Of a stretch of 64,000 nt of DNA, positions 60,488 through 64,000 are shown one piece after another; the stretch's first letter is position 1; every line of letters starts with the position of its first letter. Location: assembly GCA_951406725.2 (NCBI GenBank), contig OX597831.1, forward strand, positions 44,082,001 through 44,146,000, given 5' to 3'. The translations under genes were made by a program, and so were the position numbers. Source of the DNA: Octopus vulgaris. Lineage: Eukaryota. Under the pieces are notes generated by a model. That model was not told where the DNA came from. It did not search any database and saw only the letters and a list, made by a program, of their open reading frames with translations.

Positions 60488-61713
60488 ATGGATAGATGGA
60501 TGGATGGATGGATAAATGGTTGAACGTTCCGGTACTAGGAGACAGGATTTGACCTAAGTAGTTCAAATTTTGCGTATGCTGTACTTACTATAAATCTTGT
60601 TAAGATCATACACAGCTTATATAGGTGGGTGTTTGTGTTTATATAGGTGTGTGTTTGTGTTTATATAGGTGTGTGTTTGTGTTTGTGTGCGTGTGCCTGA
60701 GAGTGCACAAAAGAAAGCAGTGTTCAATAAATATCGTTGAGATGGCACGTAATTAATTACAGTTTGTATCAGCTCTATATTATTTGAAAGTTTCGTAGGC
60801 GTAAGGCACGCCCACCACATCAAATGGATGTCTTGCACGTACACAAACTTTCAAAAATATGAAGTCGAGTCATAAATTTTCAAAATTTCATAAGGTAATA
60901 TCAAAGTGAAGAATTCTTATCTTATATCCAAATAATTCACAGAGTTTCTCTTCAGTATGAGAATACTTTTCTGCTGTACGTAAATTACATCTCTTTTTCC
61001 ATGTGAAATATGGTCTACATCGACGAACAACCGATGTCAGTTAAAATCTGAACTTCTTAATATACGGCTCATCTGTACCTCATCACAGCATTAAGTCGCC
61101 ACCTCTACTCTAATCCCTACCGTTGACTATCACGGCTCAGGAATTTCTGAATATCCGGTTTACTACCTTGCTGTCCATGCTGCTAGATGCCCGAACCATC
61201 CTAAAACTGAACAGTATTACCGCTATACTGAGACATTTTTCAGCTAATGAATATGCTCTCATCTTTTCGTAACATCTTTTAAAATCGTATTAGAAAGACA
61301 TATATATATATATATATATATACATATAATACAAAGTAAGATAGGGGTTATGGGTGTAACCCACTATGGGATACCGTTTATCCAATATACTGTTAGTAAT
61401 GCGTATGTGAATAGTATATACGCTTTGCATATATGTCTGTCTGACTGTCTGTCTGTCTGTCTGTCTGTCTGTATGTCTGTCTGTCTGTCTGTCTGTATGT
61501 ATGTATGTAAGTATGTAGGTAGGTAGGTAGGTAGGTATGCATGCATAAACAGAGACACGAGACAAGATCTCAGCTTCAGTTTCAATTTAAAAAAATGATC
61601 TATTGTTTCTAGAGCATGTATTGAGTACTCCTTTCTCATTCGTCCGTCATTAAGCAACGCACGTAGGCGTATATGTATATATATGTATGTATACATATAC
61701 ATATATATATATG

Positions 61714-61746
<33 letters not shown>

Positions 61747-62296
61747 GTATATATACATACATACATACATACACCTACTCATAAATACACACATACACAC
61801 ACATATACACACAAACACATACACACATGTGTTTATGGATAAATAAGATTCTCTCTAATACACAAAGTGACTACTGGCTATGGTTAATGCATTTTCGGCT
61901 TCTCACATGTTTCCATTCACTTCTTTTTCTTGACTTTTTCGAAATGCGATTTTCCTTCTAGAACATAAAACAAATTGGTTTCATTCTCCTAACTTTATAA
62001 GTATTAGAATCAATCGATATTTTATAGAAAATATTAATTGATTCAATGTTCACACTTATTGTGTCATACTCGAAGAATTACTGTCACACTCTTATGGCTT
62101 CGTAATTTTCACCAGCACTGACGCTAACTGCGAATTGACTGAGTCGACAGCGCATCCGACAAATCGCGCAACGCTGTATAATTGCAGCACTTTGCATTCC
62201 GAGTTCAAATCCAGCCGAGGTCAACATTGATTTTCATCCCCCCTGGGGTCAATAAATATCACACCACTTTACGATGGTGGTTGGTAGAAACGTTAG

Positions 62297-63230
62297 AAGG
62301 CGGCCAGCTGGCAGAAACGTTAGCACGTCGGACGTAATGCTTAGCGGTATTTCGTCTGTCATTACGTTGTGAGTTCAAATTCCGCCGAGTTCGACTTTGC
62401 TTTTCATCCTTTCGGGGTCGATAAATGAAGTACCAGTTGCGCACTGGGGTCGATGTAATCGACTTGATACCTATGTCTGTCCTTGATTGTCCCCTCTATG
62501 TTTAGCCCCTTGTGGGTAATAAAGAAATAGGTATTTCGTCTGCCATTATGTTCTGAGTTCAAATTCTGCCGAAGTCTACTTTGCCTTTCATCCTTTCGGG
62601 GTCGATAAATTAAGTAGCAGTTACGCACTGGGGTCGATGTAATCGACTTAATCTCCTTGTCTGTCCTTGTTTGTCCCCTCTATATTTAGCTCCTTGTGGG
62701 CCATAAAGAAATAAGAAACGTTAGAGCATCGGTAGGAATATTGTCGTGCGGTATTTGTTCCGGGTCTTTCGGTTCTGAGTTCAAATTTCGCCGTGGTTTA
62801 TTTGGGTGGTAGATTTAATTCATTCACCCCCGTCCCACACTTTAAACATCCACCACCTAACCAGTGCTCATGGGGTTTTTTTAGAGTGGTGTTCACATTT
62901 TTATAAGTACTCAACCCAGGTCATCGGTTTGAATACGCCTTCCTCCATCTCTCTCTCCCTCCCACCAATCTCAGGTGCCTTTTAAAGCATCATCAGCATC
63001 GACATCTCTCTTGAATAAACGGTTAAATATACAAAGGCGGTGGGCTGGCAGAAACGTTAGCACGCCGGGCGAAATGCGTAGCCGTATTTCGTCTATCGCT
63101 ACGTTCTGAGTTCAAATTCCGCCGAGGTCGACTTTGCCTTTCATCCTTTCGGTGTCGATTAAATAAAATCCGTTTGTCTGTCCTTGTTTGTTCTCTCTGT
63201 GTTTAGCTCCTTGTGGGTAGTAAAGAAATA
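62297..63230 (+). mobile_element. Nested SINE B array (62297-62790) and single B copy with 12-bp TSD (63033-63230)
   Basis: Tail-to-head junctions at 62530 (GGTATTTCG) and 62714 (AGAAACG); TSD ggttaaatatac at 63021 and 63231. Confidence 0.85.
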
Positions 63231-63243
63231 GGTTAAATATACG

Positions 63244-63298
<55 letters not shown>

Positions 63299-63366
63299 AC
63301 GACTAAGCACGCTTCTGATGAATGGTCACGTGAAAATTACGTAACAGTTTCATAAATAGTGCATAA

Positions 63367-63421
<55 letters not shown>

Positions 63422-63569
63422 GATATTATTATTTATAATATTATCAGTGGCTTAAGCATACATAAAAAACCCGTAACTGTAAAAGATTATTTATACATAC
63501 ATACATACATACATACATACATACATACATACATACATACATACATACATACATACATACATACATACA

Positions 63570-63599
<30 letters not shown>

Positions 63600-63601
<2 letters not shown>

Positions 63602-63757
63602 CGACGGTCTTCCTTCAGTTTCTTTCTATCAAATCCATACACAAGGCTTTGGTTGGCCCGAGGCTATAGTAGACGACACTTGCCTTAGGTGCCATGCAGT
63701 GGGACTGAACCCGGAAGCATGTGGTTGACAAGCAAGCTTCATACCACAAAACCACGC
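63600..63757 (-). mobile_element. SINE family A 5' half
   Basis: Head and central domain up to the internal microsatellite. Confidence 0.75.
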
Positions 63758-63899
63758 ATATATATATGTGTGTGTGTGTGTAATCGTTTCGCTCAATGAA
63801 CTATATACTTTTCGTCTTTCTTTGAGCCGTTAATCATTATAATATTAACAGTGAATGTCTCTGGAAAGTTTTTTTTTATTTGTATTTGTTTTGCTTTCT

Positions 63900-63930
<31 letters not shown>

Positions 63931-64000
63931 TACATACATACATACATACATACATACATACATACATACATACATACATACATACATACATACATACATA

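Overview
Eukaryotic, extremely microsatellite- and SINE-rich non-genic (intronic or intergenic) DNA. Repeat content and simple-repeat density point to an octopus/coleoid cephalopod genome (inference). No host protein-coding exon could be supported; almost all listed ORFs are microsatellite artefacts. Recognisable content: a near full-length decayed Penelope-like retroelement (RT plus C-terminal GIY-YIG, direct and inverted pseudo-LTRs; 21426-26302) and a solo pLTR; a decayed Tc1-type transposase with DD35E spacing; fragments of Tx1/L1-, RTE- and R4-clade LINEs; three Helitron-like elements; several MITEs; and dozens of tRNA-derived SINEs from at least four families. The most notable observations are: (1) a Meta-domain SINE whose 3' tail matches a Tx1-like LINE 3' end, and whose two tail variants are tied to two different target-site starts, often inside copies of its own family; (2) several minimal hammerhead-ribozyme-like motifs in short Penelope-type repeats, one with an intact core and some with a U3-A8 compensatory core; (3) twin-priming-type inversions in an RTE LINE and a SINE; (4) an R4-like LINE embedded in (TACA)n. 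All alignments were done by eye, and boundaries are approximate unless a TSD or TIR is quoted.
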